Shown piece by piece: positions 24,770 to 38,944 of a stretch of 64,000 nucleotides of DNA; positions within the stretch are counted from its first letter, which is position 1; each line of letters starts with the position of its first letter. Source of the DNA: Octopus vulgaris (taxonomy: Eukaryota). The notes beneath the pieces were generated by a model, which saw only the letters and a list, made by a program, of their open reading frames with translations, was not told the origin of the DNA and did not search any database. The position numbers and the translations under genes are program-made. The stretch is taken from assembly GCA_951406725.2 (NCBI GenBank), contig OX597825.1, forward strand, positions 66,278,001 to 66,342,000, read 5' to 3'.

Positions 24770-25250
24770 TCCATAGCTTATGGTATGCAGAAGACCTGTT
24801 GAGGCAAGTGAAAATCAAAATCAAAATTGAAATCGATCAACATCAATGGAAATTGTAGCTGTGATACCAGTGCCGGTGGCACATAAGAAAACCATCCGAA
24901 CGTGGCCGTTGGCAGCGCTGTCCCGACTGGCCTCTGTGCCAGTGGCTCGTAAAAAGCACCATCCAATCGTGGCAGTTGCCAGCCTTGCCTGGCCTCCGTG
25001 CCGTTGGCATGTAAAAAGCACCATCCGATCGTGGCTGTTTGCCAGCCTCGTCTGGCACCTGTGCCGGTGGCACGTAAAAAGCACCCACTACACTCACAGA
25101 GTGGCTGGCGTTAGGAAGGGCATCCAGCCGTAGAAACATTGCTAGATCAGACTGGGCCTGGTGCAGCCTTCTGGCTTCCCAGACCCCAGTTTGAACCGTC
25201 CAACCCATGCTAGCATGGAAAGCGGACACTAAACGATGATGATGATGATG
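24770..25250 (+). mobile_element. RTE-tail element (family E) with internal ~62-66-bp tandem units
   Basis: Shared core GGCGTTAGGAAGGGCATCCAGC...CAACCCATGCTAGCATGGAAAGCGGAC and (GAT)n tail. Other copies near 7310-7530(+), 7535-7880(-), 20330-20560(-), 22430-22690(+), 23965-24071(-), 26887-26992(+), 27430-27830(+), 35605-35808(+), 57860-58045(-). Confidence 0.85.
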
Positions 25251-25489
25251 TAGTATGTAGGCAGGAGCAGTTGCGATTATATAGTTGGAATCATTGTCTT
25301 CATTCACTACCTGTAGACAAACATGATAGCTTTAAGCATCTTCTTTAGGACCATAATGAGTGGTAAGATGATGTGAGACTTGTCCAACTGATAAAATGTT
25401 GGCATCAGTTGGATGATTATTGTAATGAGATTGTCTTGGCTGTATAACACCTTTGACCACACATCTTATGTTCCATCATGGTTGATCAT

Positions 25490-25972
25490 CAGATGTTGTG
25501 TGCAAGAGGGAAGACTGCACTGGTTTGGTTATGTGATATGTATAGATGAGGACAGCTGTGTAAAGAAGTGCCGAGCTCTAATTGTGGATGGTACTTGTAG
25601 AAGGGGTAGGCCCAGGAAGACGGATGAAGTAGTGAGAAGGGATCTTTGGACACTGGACCTCACTGAGGAAATAACAAGGGAACTGGGAGATGAGGTGATT
25701 TGCTGTACTTGATAAGATGCATCAAGCTACGTAAAATCACTGTCTTCCGTACATACAAGCTTGTCCTTTCAGGTACTGGTGCTACATAAAAAACACTGGT
25801 GCTGGTGGCATGTAAAATGCACCCAGCACACACTGTAAAGTGGTTGGCGTTAGGAAGGACATCCAGCCATACAGACCATGCCACAACAGACAATTGGAGT
25901 CTGGCCAGCTTCATATCAAACTGTCCAACCCATACCAGTATGGGAAACGGACGTTAAATGATGATGATGATG
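25490..25972 (+). mobile_element. RTE LINE 3' end with (GAT)n tail
   Basis: IRCCVQEGRLHWFGYV..DEDSCVKKC...GRPRKT, followed by the conserved 3'UTR ending GGACGTTAAATGATGATG. Confidence 0.85.
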
Positions 25973-27901
25973 ACAACTACAATATATATACTCCTTACAC
26001 ATCATTTATCTATCCATCCACCTAATCATTTATTCATTAGCATTTAAACTGGTCATATCCACCCCAAAATATTCCATCTGTTTTATGTTCAAACTGACAA
26101 GATTCAGCCTCTCATACTTATCCTACAGTGGCTTGCTAAAAAATAAACAATCACATCAATGAAATCTCAAAGCTACGAGATATTGCATGAGTAATTCCAA
26201 AGTAATGGGAATAAATAAGCGTTGCATAACAGAGTAATCTGAATCCTAAAGGGTTAATCATCCAGTCAATCAGTAAAATATATATACACTCTAAACATCC
26301 ATCCTTCCATCCATCCATCCATCCATCATCCATCCATCCGTCTATTCATTCAGTCATTCAATTAACCAATCAGTCAGTAAATATATGTGTATATATGTAC
26401 ATATACATACATGTAGTTGTGTGTGTGCATATATATATGTACATATACATACTTGTGGTTGTGTATGTGTGTGTGTACCCTAGACATTAAATATCTATCC
26501 ATCCACCTATCCACCTATTTAATCATCGTCGACCAGTCAGTCTGTAATATATACAACCTATGCATCATCTTTCTATCCATCTATTTACCCATTCATTCAT
26601 TCATTTGTTCATGTAATCATTCAATCAACCGGTCAATCAGTCTCTCCATTTATCCATCCTTTATATATTACCCCCATCTTTTCCCCCCTCTCTCTCTGTA
26701 TATATACGTTGCTATTGTTGCTGATATTGTGCTTGTATTATTTGCATCCACCCTGACCTTCAGTCATTGGGTTCTCTGAGTCCATTATATTCAGTGATGA
26801 CCATTTTCTCTTCTGTTCGTAAATGCTTTTACCACTGTACTTGCTGATCCTTAATATGCTGCTGTAGTTGTAATACAGTGTAATATTTGCCAGATCAGAC
26901 TGGGCCTGGTGCAGCCTTCTGGCCTCCCAGACCCCAGTTGAACCATCCAACCCGTGCCAGCATGGAAAGCAGACGCTAAATGATGATGATGATTCTTCTA
27001 TCTTGCTTCTGGTTCTACTGAGTTTCTCTTCCATAGTGCCAAACTCCACTCTCTAGTGAGACTGCCAAAGTAACCAACAGGTATCATTGTCCTTCATTCG
27101 CTCTTGAAAGGTTGATGGTGCTCATCTTGAAAGTAGTCTTCAGCTGGTCTTTGGATTACTCCTTTTGATCATTCAACCTGGTGTTGATTGATCACATGAT
27201 ATTGCTAACCTGAGAGGATCATATGGGGGAGATGTACAAGCCAGTCTCAAACGATACCTATGTAGGTGTGGATTCAGTGTTGTTGGTGTTGTGTATGTGT
27301 GTATGTATGTGTGTGTGTTTCTGTGTGCATCATATCCAATCTCACCAGATGACAAAAAGGATCTTCTAGAATGCTGGATACTAAAGGCCTTCAGGGTCTT
27401 CATGTATTAACTGTATGTGATCCATCACTGGCACAGAAGCCAGTTTCATGCTGGTGGCACATAAAAAGCACCATTCGAGCATGATTGTTACCAGCGTCGC
27501 CTTACTGGCACTTGTGCTGGTGGCACGTAAAAAAAAACATTCGAGCAAGGTCATTGCCAGTGCCGCTGGACTGGCTCCTGTGCAGGTGGCACGTAAAAAA
27601 CACCATTTGAGCGTGGCCGTTGCCAGTACCTCCTGACTGGCTCTCGTGCCGGTGGCATGTAAAAGCACCCACTACACTCTCGGAGTGGTTGGCGTTAGGA
27701 AGGGCATCCAGCTGTAGAAACTCTGCCAGATCAGATTGGAGCCTGGTGCAGCCATCTGGTTCGCCAGTCGTCAGTCAAATCGTCCAACCCATGCTAGCAT
27801 GGAAAGCGGACGTTAAACAATGATGATAATGACAGAAGTGCAGAAAGACAGATTGCCCAGCAGATGAGGTCCTTAATATGGAAACTGAGATGGTTACTTA
27901 A

Positions 27902-28120
27902 CCCTTTAGTGTTCAGATTATTCAATCAAACATAATGCCTATTGATTCACATTGATTTGAATTAATCATGCATTATCTCATATCTTCAAGATCTTGATGG
28001 TGTAATTACTTAATGTAGAATAGTATTGTAGGGTAGGTGTGAGAGCCTGGATCTGGTCAGTTTGAACATAAAACAGATTAACTATTTTGGTCAGATATGG
28101 CCATTTTAAATACTAAAGGG
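27902..28120. mobile_element. piggyBac-type MITE family 2
   Basis: TTAA|CCCTTTAGT...ACTAAAGGG|TTAA. Diverged relatives at about 17763-17980, 26037-26253 and 12657-13230 (the last split by a SINE). Confidence 0.82.
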
Positions 28121-29595
28121 TTAAACTGTCTTTTGGAGCCAAAAGATACAGAGATCTGTGTGATGGGCTTTTGCATTTATTTCTGTTGTGCTGTAATAGA
28201 ACCATAGCAAGGATCCTCAACAATCACAGGGTAAGTGGAAAATACTTTTGGTGTCCCCACCTGAATAAGTATGGTAGGCTGTATGCACATGTCCCCACTC
28301 CTATACCTATGCTACAGTATGTGAGTTGAGAGCTGTTGTCAAGTGTTACCTTTGTATTGAGAAGGCAAAGGGTAGGCATTAGATGTTAGGCTCGGGGCAC
28401 TGTCTCGAAGGCTTCAATTGAACGAATCAACCCCAGTGTTTATTTTTGAGCTTGGTACTTATTCTGCCAAACCACTAAGTTATGGGGACATAAATAAACC
28501 AATACCAGTTGTCAAACAGTTACGGGAAACAAAGACACACGTGCATACACTGACACACACACACATAACAGGCTTTCATTCATTTCCCTTCTACCAAAAT
28601 CACTCACAAGGCATTGTCTAGCCTGGGGTTATAGTAGATGCTTGTTGAAGGTGCTGTGCAGTGGGACTGAACCTGAAACCATGTTGTTACAAAGCAAACT
28701 TCTTAACCAGACAGCCATGCCTGCTCTACAAAAGTACATCGCATCAACTGAGAAACAAACCAGGGCTGCTTGCATGGCAAGTGAGCATTCTTCCCCTGAA
28801 CCTATTGCGCAGTCCCATGATACTAGGGACTATGCATGCACACGCACACACACACACACACACACACATATGATGAGCTTCCTTCAGTTTCTGTCTACCA
28901 AATCCACTCAAAGCCTTGGTTGGTGTTGGACTATAGTAAAAGACACTTTGCCCGGGGTGCCATGCAGTGGGATTGAACTCAGAACCAGGCGGTTGGGAAG
29001 CAAACTTCTTACTACACAACCATGCCTGCATGCACCTTTCAACCAAGTGGTCCCTTTTGTAAGCAATCATTTTTTTTTTTTTATGAGTTAAATTATTTAA
29101 TCTATCTCTATTCAGACAGTTGTCATTGACTCTCATCAGGTTGGGTCCTGATCGAGCCAAACTATGGTACAAGTATGTTCCAGCTGTAAACATTTTATAT
29201 TTTCTTTGATGGAGTATACCTAGGACTACATCATCCAGTCAGTCCTCCCATTTCTGAAAAAGCAATCAAATAGAAAAAACCATGACTTTTCAAAATAGTT
29301 GTTAGCTCCAGGTCAGCCCTGAGTGAGCTGGCCTATTTTGAAAGGCATTTCAACCACGGCCACTCTGTCCTCTTCATTATTCTATATTCCGTTATCTAAT
29401 GTGCCCAGCATCCCAACCATCTTTTCCAGACAATAAGATGTAATTTGAGGGAGATTTGGATGTTGATTCTTGCAGGTAAAAAAACCGACAATCTCGTTGG
29501 TTCATCAGGTAAGTCTTTCGTATGTGAATGCGATGCTTCTGCAAGGGAGATAACTCTGTCACTTATTGCTTGCTGTCTTGTTTCGTTTCTATCAG

Positions 29596-29756
29596 GTTAT
29601 CAGGTATGTGATGATGACATGGTGGCTATTGCTAGGTTACGTGGCCAACAATTGAAAACTTTTGACATTCCATCTAGCTGTATTTATAGTCTTCATGAGG
29701 AGGATGAAGTCACATGGATGAAATTTGGATCATATGATGGTGAATTTTTTCAAAAG
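29596..29756 (+). CDS. FBXO33: FBXO33-like, penultimate coding exon
   Basis: tttcgtttctatcAG acceptor, GTAATT donor. Phase 1 joins the previous exon (G|GT = Gly). Encodes YQVCDDDMVAIARLRGQQLKTF...FFQK, matching the FBXO33 motif GY.V....IAIARLRG..LK. Confidence 0.92.
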
Positions 29757-30461
29757 GTAATTATTAAAAAAAAAAATCGGTTTTTTTTTTTTTGTAAATC
29801 TACATGTTTATTTATTTGCTCATTTGATGAATGTTCTTTTGCTTTTAACCTGTGCTAGCATAGGTTTTGACAGGGACTTATTTAAGGGCAGGATTTTATG
29901 GCCAAGCGCAAGCTTTCCTGTTGCTCATGTTAGGGCCTTTTTTCATTTCGTAGTTCTTCAGATACGCAAAGCGACCGGGTGTAAAGCCAAAATGGAATCT
30001 AACTACAAAATTATTTCGCTGAGAAAGTGACAAGCAAAGCTGCAGAATATTAATGTTTGCATCTGTGCACATGCATATGTGCACGCATGAACACACACAC
30101 ACATGCACACACACAATAGGATTCCAGCTACTGTATTCATTCACAAGGCATTGTTCATCCTGGGGCTAATGTAAAAGACACTTATCCAATATTCCATGCA
30201 GTGGTATTGAACCTGAAATCATGTGGTTACAAGAAGAAAACAAAAAAAAACTTCTTAACCACACAGCCATGCCTATACCTCCAAGAGATAAAATAGAAAA
30301 TGCCGAGGAAATTCTAATTGGTTTATGTAAGTAAGTTTGAATTATTTAAAATTAATTTATTATTTATGCTTGTACAAATTCTTTGTTACCGGTTGTATAT
30401 GATTTGAATTTAATCAATAAAACGTGTAAATTAAAAAAGGTAATATTATTGTTAATTACAG

Positions 30462-30608
30462 GTGTCTGAAAGCCTTGGCCATGATTGGCTACCTCTGAAA
30501 AACAGTCAGCTTCCTACAGCTGTTCTCGATGCCCAAGCTGATGCAGAACCTGCCTACATGCACATCCTGTTAGAAGACCAAGCCTGGAGGGGCAGGAATA
30601 AGCGCTAA
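30462..30608 (+). CDS. FBXO33: FBXO33-like, last coding exon
   Basis: ttaattacAG acceptor, phase 0. Encodes VSESLGHDWLPL...AWRGRNKR then TAA (30606-08), similar to the FBXO33 C-terminus VSLGLGQPW. Confidence 0.88.
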   Translation: MSESLGHDWLPLKNSQLPTAVLDAQADAEPAYMHILLEDQAWRGRNKR

Positions 30609-31361
30609 TCTATTCCTGTGTTTTCAAGAGTCTTGAAGTACCCCATTCCCTAAATCTGGCCAGTATGTTGGTTGCATTGAGTAAACAGCTGCTACCTCTT
30701 CTTTTTCAATCAATTCCAGTGGCGGGGGTTTTGACATCATTGAATGTTACGGACGGACGGACGTACAAACAAGCGCAAAAACATAAAAAGAAAAAAAATG
30801 TCCCAAATAAAATGGAAAAAAAAAAAAAAAAAACCAAAACCAAAAACAAAGAGAGACACTTTCACAAAATAACATGTCGATGGCAAAAGAATTGAGAGCA
30901 TATTTAAGCCAAATCAAAATCAGATCTGTGAATGCCAGTGGGAATGGGTGGAGAAAGAAATCTTTTTTCTATTTTTTTTTTTGAAAAGAAAAAAAAGAAA
31001 ACAGACTTTTTTTTTTTTGTTTAGCACTAGTTCACTATTGTAATTTATTATTTCTTGTGGCTCTAAATGTGCTTTACCGTTCTCATTTTTGTGGTGCTAG
31101 GCTCCTCTAACTGCTTGTACGCATTGTATTATTATTATCATTATTATTATTATTTTTTTTTTTTTTAATTTTTTTTTTTATACAGTATTGTTGACCATTG
31201 CAATTGGATGTATTTCTGATAACTGAAATTTGTCATTGGTCATTTGTCATCATTTATAGGTCACTTCCTAACACTCCCACCCCAATCCCCCTACCCCTTA
31301 CCTTTATTTTTACCTATTCTTTTCTTTAGCTAAACGCTAAGACCATACTTTTATTTTTCCT

Positions 31362-31431
<70 letters not shown>

Positions 31432-32284
31432 CTGAATTTTTATTTGTTTTCCTTTCTGATGACCACTAAAACTGTTAATTAACTATTTTTTTAATTTTTA
31501 TTTTTAATTTTTTTTTTCCTCCCCAAAAGCTTTCTTTACAAAAAAATAAATTCAAAGCCTTTTTTTGGCTTGATGTTCGATAGAGGATGATGTCATAAAA
31601 ATATCAATAAGAGGCAATCACATGAAGCATAGGCAAGCACACCAAACAGCAATGATGGATTGTTGTGTTTTTTTTATCTCTTCCTTTTTTTTTTTTTTTT
31701 TTTTTTTCGATTCATCCCCCCCCGTTAAAAAAGACTTATAAGAATATAATACAGTATATGTAGTGCTAACTTGTCTGCAGTAAAAGCAGTTAAGCAAAGC
31801 CTGACAGCCACGATATGTGTTGCAAAAAAACCACACATGATACACATATTTTACTATCATAAAAATAATTATATCTGGGAAAATATTACGAGCCAGCTGC
31901 ACCAGCAGTGATGATGTTTTTTTTTTGTTTTTTTTTTTTAAAAGAAAAGATGGAAAAAAAAAATTGGAACAGAAGCAAATACCTGCAAATGATGATGGTG
32001 ATAGACGAAGATGAAGATGGAAGACGACGACTATGATGATGACAATCTACAAAGTATAACCGACCCATCTGTTGGCTATGCCTTTCAGCGCATATATATA
32101 GATATATATCTATATCTATATATATATATATAAAAACTACACCAGTATTGATGATAGACTAAAGTGAGTCAGCAACAGTGCTTTAAAGAACAAAATATAT
32201 ATATATATACACTAATGAGCAGTGATGTTATCTTTTTATCAACCGGCCAAACCTAATCTCTCTGTAGCAAGGATGGTGACTGTT

Positions 32285-32335
<51 letters not shown>

Positions 32336-32416
32336 ATGTGTGCATGCATGCATGCGCATATATTTTTGCATGTAAAAGTATATGTGTGTATAGCTGCATG
32401 CTTGTGTGAGCGCGTT

Positions 32417-32455
<39 letters not shown>

Positions 32456-32635
32456 ATATACATACATACATGTATATATATATATGTATGTGATTATACA
32501 TGAGTATATGTAATTGTGTGTGTGTGTATCTGTATGTATGTGTGTGTGTGTATATATATATATACATACATATGTACATGTATGCGTAAACATACATATA
32601 TACATACATACATGCATACATGTGTGTGTGTGCGC

Positions 32636-32696
<61 letters not shown>

Positions 32697-33400
32697 TACA
32701 TATATAAAAACACTTTGCATTGCTACAGAGAATATTGAATGAACCGGACAGTGTAATTCTCTACATTTGAGTAATTTCCAGAGGTCTTCAGGTTTCAATC
32801 AGATTTTTGTTTTTTTTTTTTAAAAAAAAAGAAGAAAACCAAATGTATTTTTATTTCAATATATTGTATAAAAACAAAGCAAAAAAAAAACCGACAAATT
32901 TTATATTATTTTTATTCTTGTCCATGTAATTCTTCTGAGTCAGTGAAAAATATTTCAAAGCAGACAAACAAAATTCTAAAATTATCTGTATCGTTGAAAA
33001 CTATTTTTTAATTGTGGTTCAATCTCATAAGTAAGAGAAGGGGCAATCGTGTGTCTTGTTAAAACGCTACAATAACTATAGAAACGAAAAGAACAAAGCC
33101 ATCGCAAACTGCACGTTATAAGCCTTAAAAATGTACGGCAAGAACAATCAGCATATTTTTGATACGATACAGATATACACAAGCGTTTTTATTTGTTGTA
33201 TTTGATAAATTGTATATTTGAGTTTTGAGAGGGCTGCTCCTATTTTAAAAAAAAAAAATATTTTTTTTTGTTTCTTATCTCCTTATACATGATACTTGCT
33301 CAGATTTTTTTAAAAAATCAATTATTCATTTTTGGTGAAATCTCCTCTTCAAATGTCTTCTGCCAATACATTTATTAACTTCAGTGATGTATGGGTTTTA
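30609..33400 (+). other. Probable 3'UTR of the FBXO33-like gene (3' end uncertain)
   Basis: Directly follows the stop codon. Contains U- and A-rich tracts, AATAAA near 30805 and 31545, and no SINEs. The end point cannot be determined from sequence. Confidence 0.55.
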
Positions 33401-34559
33401 AAATACTAGCTTCTTTTTTTCCTTTGTCTGTGTGTGTGTTTGGCTGTTTATATATGAGTTTCTGTGTTTTGTATATGTATTATTCATTTTGTATAATATG
33501 TATAAAATGTATATACATTTTTCATATGTACTTATACATTGTGCATAATGTGTATAAAATATAGATACATTTCTGTGTATGTATTTGTGTGTTGTACGAT
33601 ATGCATTAAATGTTTGTATATATATATTTATATATTTATATATATATATATATAACACACACACACACATATATATATAATGTATATACATTTTTGTATA
33701 TGTATTTATGCATTTTGTGCAGTATATATTATATATTTTGTATAATATGTATAAACATATACATTTGTATGCATATATTTATACATTTTGTACGATATGT
33801 ATTATGCATGTGTATGCATTTTTGTGTATATATTCATACCTTTTGTGTGATATGTATTATGCATTTTATATATATATGTATTAATTCAGTGTATATTTGC
33901 ATATTTTGGATATGTGTTATACACTTTGTATAATTGTATATTTACATATTTTATGTTTGTGTGTGTGTGTGTGTTGTGTATGCCAAGTGTAAAAACCTTT
34001 ACATTTTCATTGCTTTTTCTTCTTGATTTAAGAAATCATTTGTTCTCTGTTAAGTCTTGAAAATCTGTGTTGCTTATTTACTGAATTCAGGCTGTAGATT
34101 TGTCGACCCTTTCCAGTATATACTAGAACAAAGTGTTGCCTCAACAACATAATTTTGCTGTGATGTTTTAGGTGTGAACCTTCTTGAAGTTGTACTCAAC
34201 TAAGTATATACTCCACACATGCTACCACACTTGGATCCCGTTTAACAGCAACAACCTACCTCAGGCTATCTTTGTGTACATGCTATACACACACATACAC
34301 TCATGAATATGTGTGTTTATGTGTTTATATATAACTATACATGTGTATGTGTGCGATTATCAATACAGCCCTCCCCTCCGTATGCACATATAGAAGCGTA
34401 TGCATATGTTGTAAGCATTAACAGATTTGTATGTCTAGATCTGAATATATTTCCTCAAAGTACAGTATGTTTGCTCACACATATACATACATACATAAAC
34501 ACAACACAGATGTATACACCATATTTATTTGTAATGTAGCTGCGATTATAGGAATGCTT

Positions 34560-34846
34560 ATATGTATGTATATATATGTATATATATATGTATATATGTA
34601 TGTATATATATGTATATATATATGTATATATGTATGTATATATATGTATATATATATGTATATATGTATGTATATATATATGTATATATGTATGTATATA
34701 TGTATGTATATATATATGTATATATGTATGTATATATGTATGTATATATGTATGTATATATGTATGTATATATATATGTATGTATATATGTATATATATA
34801 TATATATGTATAAATGTCTGTATATATGTATATATATGTATATATA
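34560..34846. repeat. (TA)n/(TATG)n compound microsatellite
   Basis: Directly visible. Similar tracts at about 17100-17230, 32285-32706, 38590-38950, 46695-46870, 52270-52625, 61768-62075 and 63310-63570. Confidence 0.95.
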
Positions 34847-37800
34847 TCACATACAGACATAGGCATGTAAAGCATATTAGTTACTCTATTAAAATTTTCT
34901 TTAATGTGCCAGTGTTTAGTATTGATAAGATAAGGCTATTTCAACATTACATGAGATAAAATTATACGATTAACAAATATTTGCTTCCATACAATAGCTT
35001 TTGATCTTCACTTCTAAGTATTATTATTATTTTTTTCTGCTTTCTATTACGTACTTACATACTGTAAATGAGAAAAAATGAACACTGAAAAGTCTATAAA
35101 ATGAAGAACCTGTACAAACTTTAAACAAATACTAATTTTTATAGAAGGTCATAGCTTGTGTGCTTTTTTTTTCTCATTTCTGTGTTGCCAGTAATTTGCT
35201 GTTTTAAGTAGATCATAATGGGGGAATTCAGACATGGGGAATCTAGAAGTCCATCAGTTCATTGTCACTATGTGATATGCAAGTATGTCTGTACATGAAG
35301 ATATTGCTCTCAGTAGCTTCCTGAGTCTGAAAAACATAGTTCTGCAATCTCTTGCTGAACAATCTGCCCAGATTATTTGTTTATCTCGCGCGGTACTTGA
35401 GCTATCTCTATCTCTCCTAACTGACATTGCTTGTCTTGTACAGACGCATGAGCGGCCACATATCCGATATCCAAGTGATTGTAGAACGACGAGATTAAAT
35501 CTTTTGCTCAAGAACATAACACACTGCCTGGTCCGTGAATTGAAACCATGATTTTGCGATCATGTGGATGCACACATGTTACAAGTATACATGTATGTTT
35601 AAAGTATGGCCGTTTGCCAGCCCCGTGTGGCACGTAAAAAGCACCCACTACACTCAAGGAGTGGTTGGCGTTAGGAAGGGCATCCAGCCTTAGAAACATT
35701 GCCAGATCAGATTGGAGTCTGGTGCAGCTTTCTGGCCTCCCAGACCCCAGTTGAACCGTCCAACCCATGCTAGCATGGAAAGCGGACACTAAATGATGAT
35801 GATGATGATTTAGGTATAAAGTATTTAGAGTGACCTGAGAGAAAGCAAGCTAGTCATCCGGTGGAGTGTGTTCTGTTTAGCATAATGCTGCTAGTCATTT
35901 TCTCATATATCATTCTACTGGGGTTTACTGTGATGGACATTGTATAAGGGTCACCTAGCAACATTCTTTGTTGATTTGTAAAAAAAGATTAAGGATATAA
36001 AAAAACAAAAAAAAAAACTAGAAGGTTAAAATACGGAAAAAGCAAAATATCAGCTGCAAGGAAATATAGGAAAAAATATAGAAAATATTGAAAACACTAT
36101 CAAATAAAATGTACCTGTTTCTATTCCCGCTTCTTTTTTTGTGAAAGAGAGGTGCAAGGCTCTTCCTTTTCTTTTTTGTCTTTTGGCTTGTAAATTGTAA
36201 CTTAAAAACCTGAATTTCAGTCACCCAAAATGAGAAACAAAACAAAGACAAGAAAAAATAAGCTAAGTAGAAAAAAAAAATCAAAACAAACGGGTCATTA
36301 AAGGTGAAGGATTCAGGTGTGAGAGTAGCCAAATTGGATTCCTTTAAGGATTTCAGATATACATACTTTATATATATATATATATATATATATACATACA
36401 CATACACACACCTATTGCATCTTCAAGAAGGTTCATTACCTGCTCCCCCCCCTCTAAACCCCAACTTTCTTCTAGTATATAACATATTTTAGTGGTACCA
36501 CCCAAAGTTTGATTTAACATTCTCTGAACAGTTGCCTATTTAACTGAATTTTATTTTTTATATTTATTTGTCGTTTATGAATAAGGATTTTATTTGTAAA
36601 TTTATGAATTCGATATATTCCACCATATTTTTTAAATGTCCACTTTGCCATGCTTGCATGGGTCAGACAGGGTTTGTTGAGGTAGATTTTCTATGGCCGG
36701 ATGCCCTTCCTGGCACCAACCATCACTTGTTTCTTTGCTAGGTAATATTTCACCCGGGCCTGATATGTTTCCACAAAAGATTCAAAATAAACAACAGTAT
36801 TTGTATCATAGCGATGCTCTTTTATAATTATCACCCAGTGTCAAGACAAGGCATACATACACACATACCCAAACTTATACACACACACATTCTTTATATA
36901 TATATATATATATAGTGTACTGTTCTATTATTGGTAGGATCAACAAAAATAAGTATTCCATCTAGTGAGGAATAAATATCATTTAATATACACAGGATTT
37001 AAATGTGAGCTACTATAAATTTCATACCTCTGATAGTACACTATGCCGACAAGCCTGAATGGTTACCTGATAAGATATATCATACTATACAATCTCATCT
37101 GACTCTTGTATTATCAAAGGCATGAAACTTATTGTAGCTTGCAAATAAATCCTGTATATATTTATGAAGCCTCTTGTATGTTACAGTATATATATAAATA
37201 TAAATATTTAAATATTTTAAAAATTAAGGATGAAAAATGAGATAGATTCGACAATTCAAAAAACATTACAGTATAAGCCGAGCCAAAAGGAGTAATTAAT
37301 AATATATTTAATGCATCTCTCATTAAAAAGTTCAATACCGAAGCAATACTGAAAATAGTCAATATCAAAACAATACTAAAAATTTCAAAATATTAAAAAT
37401 ATAATATACATATATGTGCGACAAATTATGTAAATCTATAAAAGTATATGAGAAATATATATATATACATATTAAAAGGTATAGTCCTACTTACTAATAA
37501 ATATTGATTTAACAGTGTTAAAGATTATAAGGTGTCCGCAGTATAGTGTATAAAATAACAAAATGTCCAGGGTATAGTGTATAAAGAAACAATCCATAGA
37601 TTAAACGTTATATATATATTAAATACAGAAGTCTTCATTTAGTTTCCAATCTACTAAATCTACTAAATTAAAACTCCGCTCTCACTAAACTGGGTGTGAT
37701 ATGAAACTAAGTCAAAAAATATACTTAGTATTCTAATAGATAGCTATATGATATTTTAAAAAATCAAGCTTAAAGTTTAAATATCATTGTAATGATATTA

Positions 37801-37973
37801 TGTATGTATTTCATGGTATATTTGGTATTACATTTTTTATCTAAATTATTTTTGTTTTGTTTTAATATTCTTCAGTGATCTGATTATTATATAAGCTATC
37901 TATCAATTAATCTAACTGCTGATATTTCTAAATGCTCCCTTTTTAATTTTATGTATGTATGTATGTGTGTATG

Positions 37974-38023
<50 letters not shown>

Positions 38024-38589
38024 CACATATATGTATGTATATATATATGTATGTATATGTTTGTGTTTGAATATATGTGTGGGTGGGTGTATACATAATA
38101 TCTAAAAATCTCATCTTATTTTCAATCTGAGAAAAAAAAACAACGGAGAACAATTTTTTTTTTTGACGAACATAGGTGACCCTTAACGGTTTTTCTTTTT
38201 GTAAACAACAAAATCAACATTTTTTTTGTTTAAAAAATGTATTGGCAGATCCTTTTTTCTTCCTCTCTCTTTTATTTCTCATTCTCTCCTCCATCCTTCA
38301 TTTCTCCCCCACACCCTTGCCTCTTAAATCTACCTTCTTGCCCTCTCTCTCTCTCTCTTTTTTTGAACTCTTTTTTTTATTTGTTTTGTTTTGTTTCTTT
38401 ACTGATTGAATTACTCTTAAAAGACAAGAAGAGGAAAACACATTTTTGAGTGTACATATTATCTGAAGAAACTGGACTGTATGTTACCAAAAAAAGTCAC
38501 AGGCAGTGCTGCTGCCACTGCTGCTGTTGCTGCTGTTGTTGCTGCTGCTGGTGTTTTGTTAATTAATTTATCTCTATCTATACATGTAA

Positions 38590-38630
<41 letters not shown>

Positions 38631-38657
38631 TATACATACACATATGTGTGTATATGC

Positions 38658-38697
<40 letters not shown>

Positions 38698-38899
38698 CAT
38701 ATATACTATATACATATATACACATGTGTGTATATATAAATACGTACATACACTATATACATGTATATTTATATATATGCATGCAATATATATATATGTA
38801 TATACATATGCGTATGCATGTGAATATGTACATGTCTATATGTGTATGTATATGTACATGTATATATATATATATGTATGTGTGTGTATACATACATAC

Positions 38900-38944
<45 letters not shown>

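Noticed and set aside
24150-24770. Coding-like composition (also about 59930-60300)
   Set aside because: No sustained frame or recognisable motif; probably very old TE debris.
27445-27670. Repeat-spacer-like array reminiscent of CRISPR
   Set aside because: The units are similar along their whole length, lie inside a retroelement tail, and there are no cas genes in this eukaryotic context.
29445-29595. 5' extension of the ORF upstream of the FBXO33 exon
   Set aside because: Intronic: it overlaps an old repeat and the polypyrimidine tract, and homology starts only after the AG at 29595.
38481-38552. Poly-Ala ORF start
   Set aside because: A (CTG)n-type repeat running into (TA)n, with no splice or homology support.
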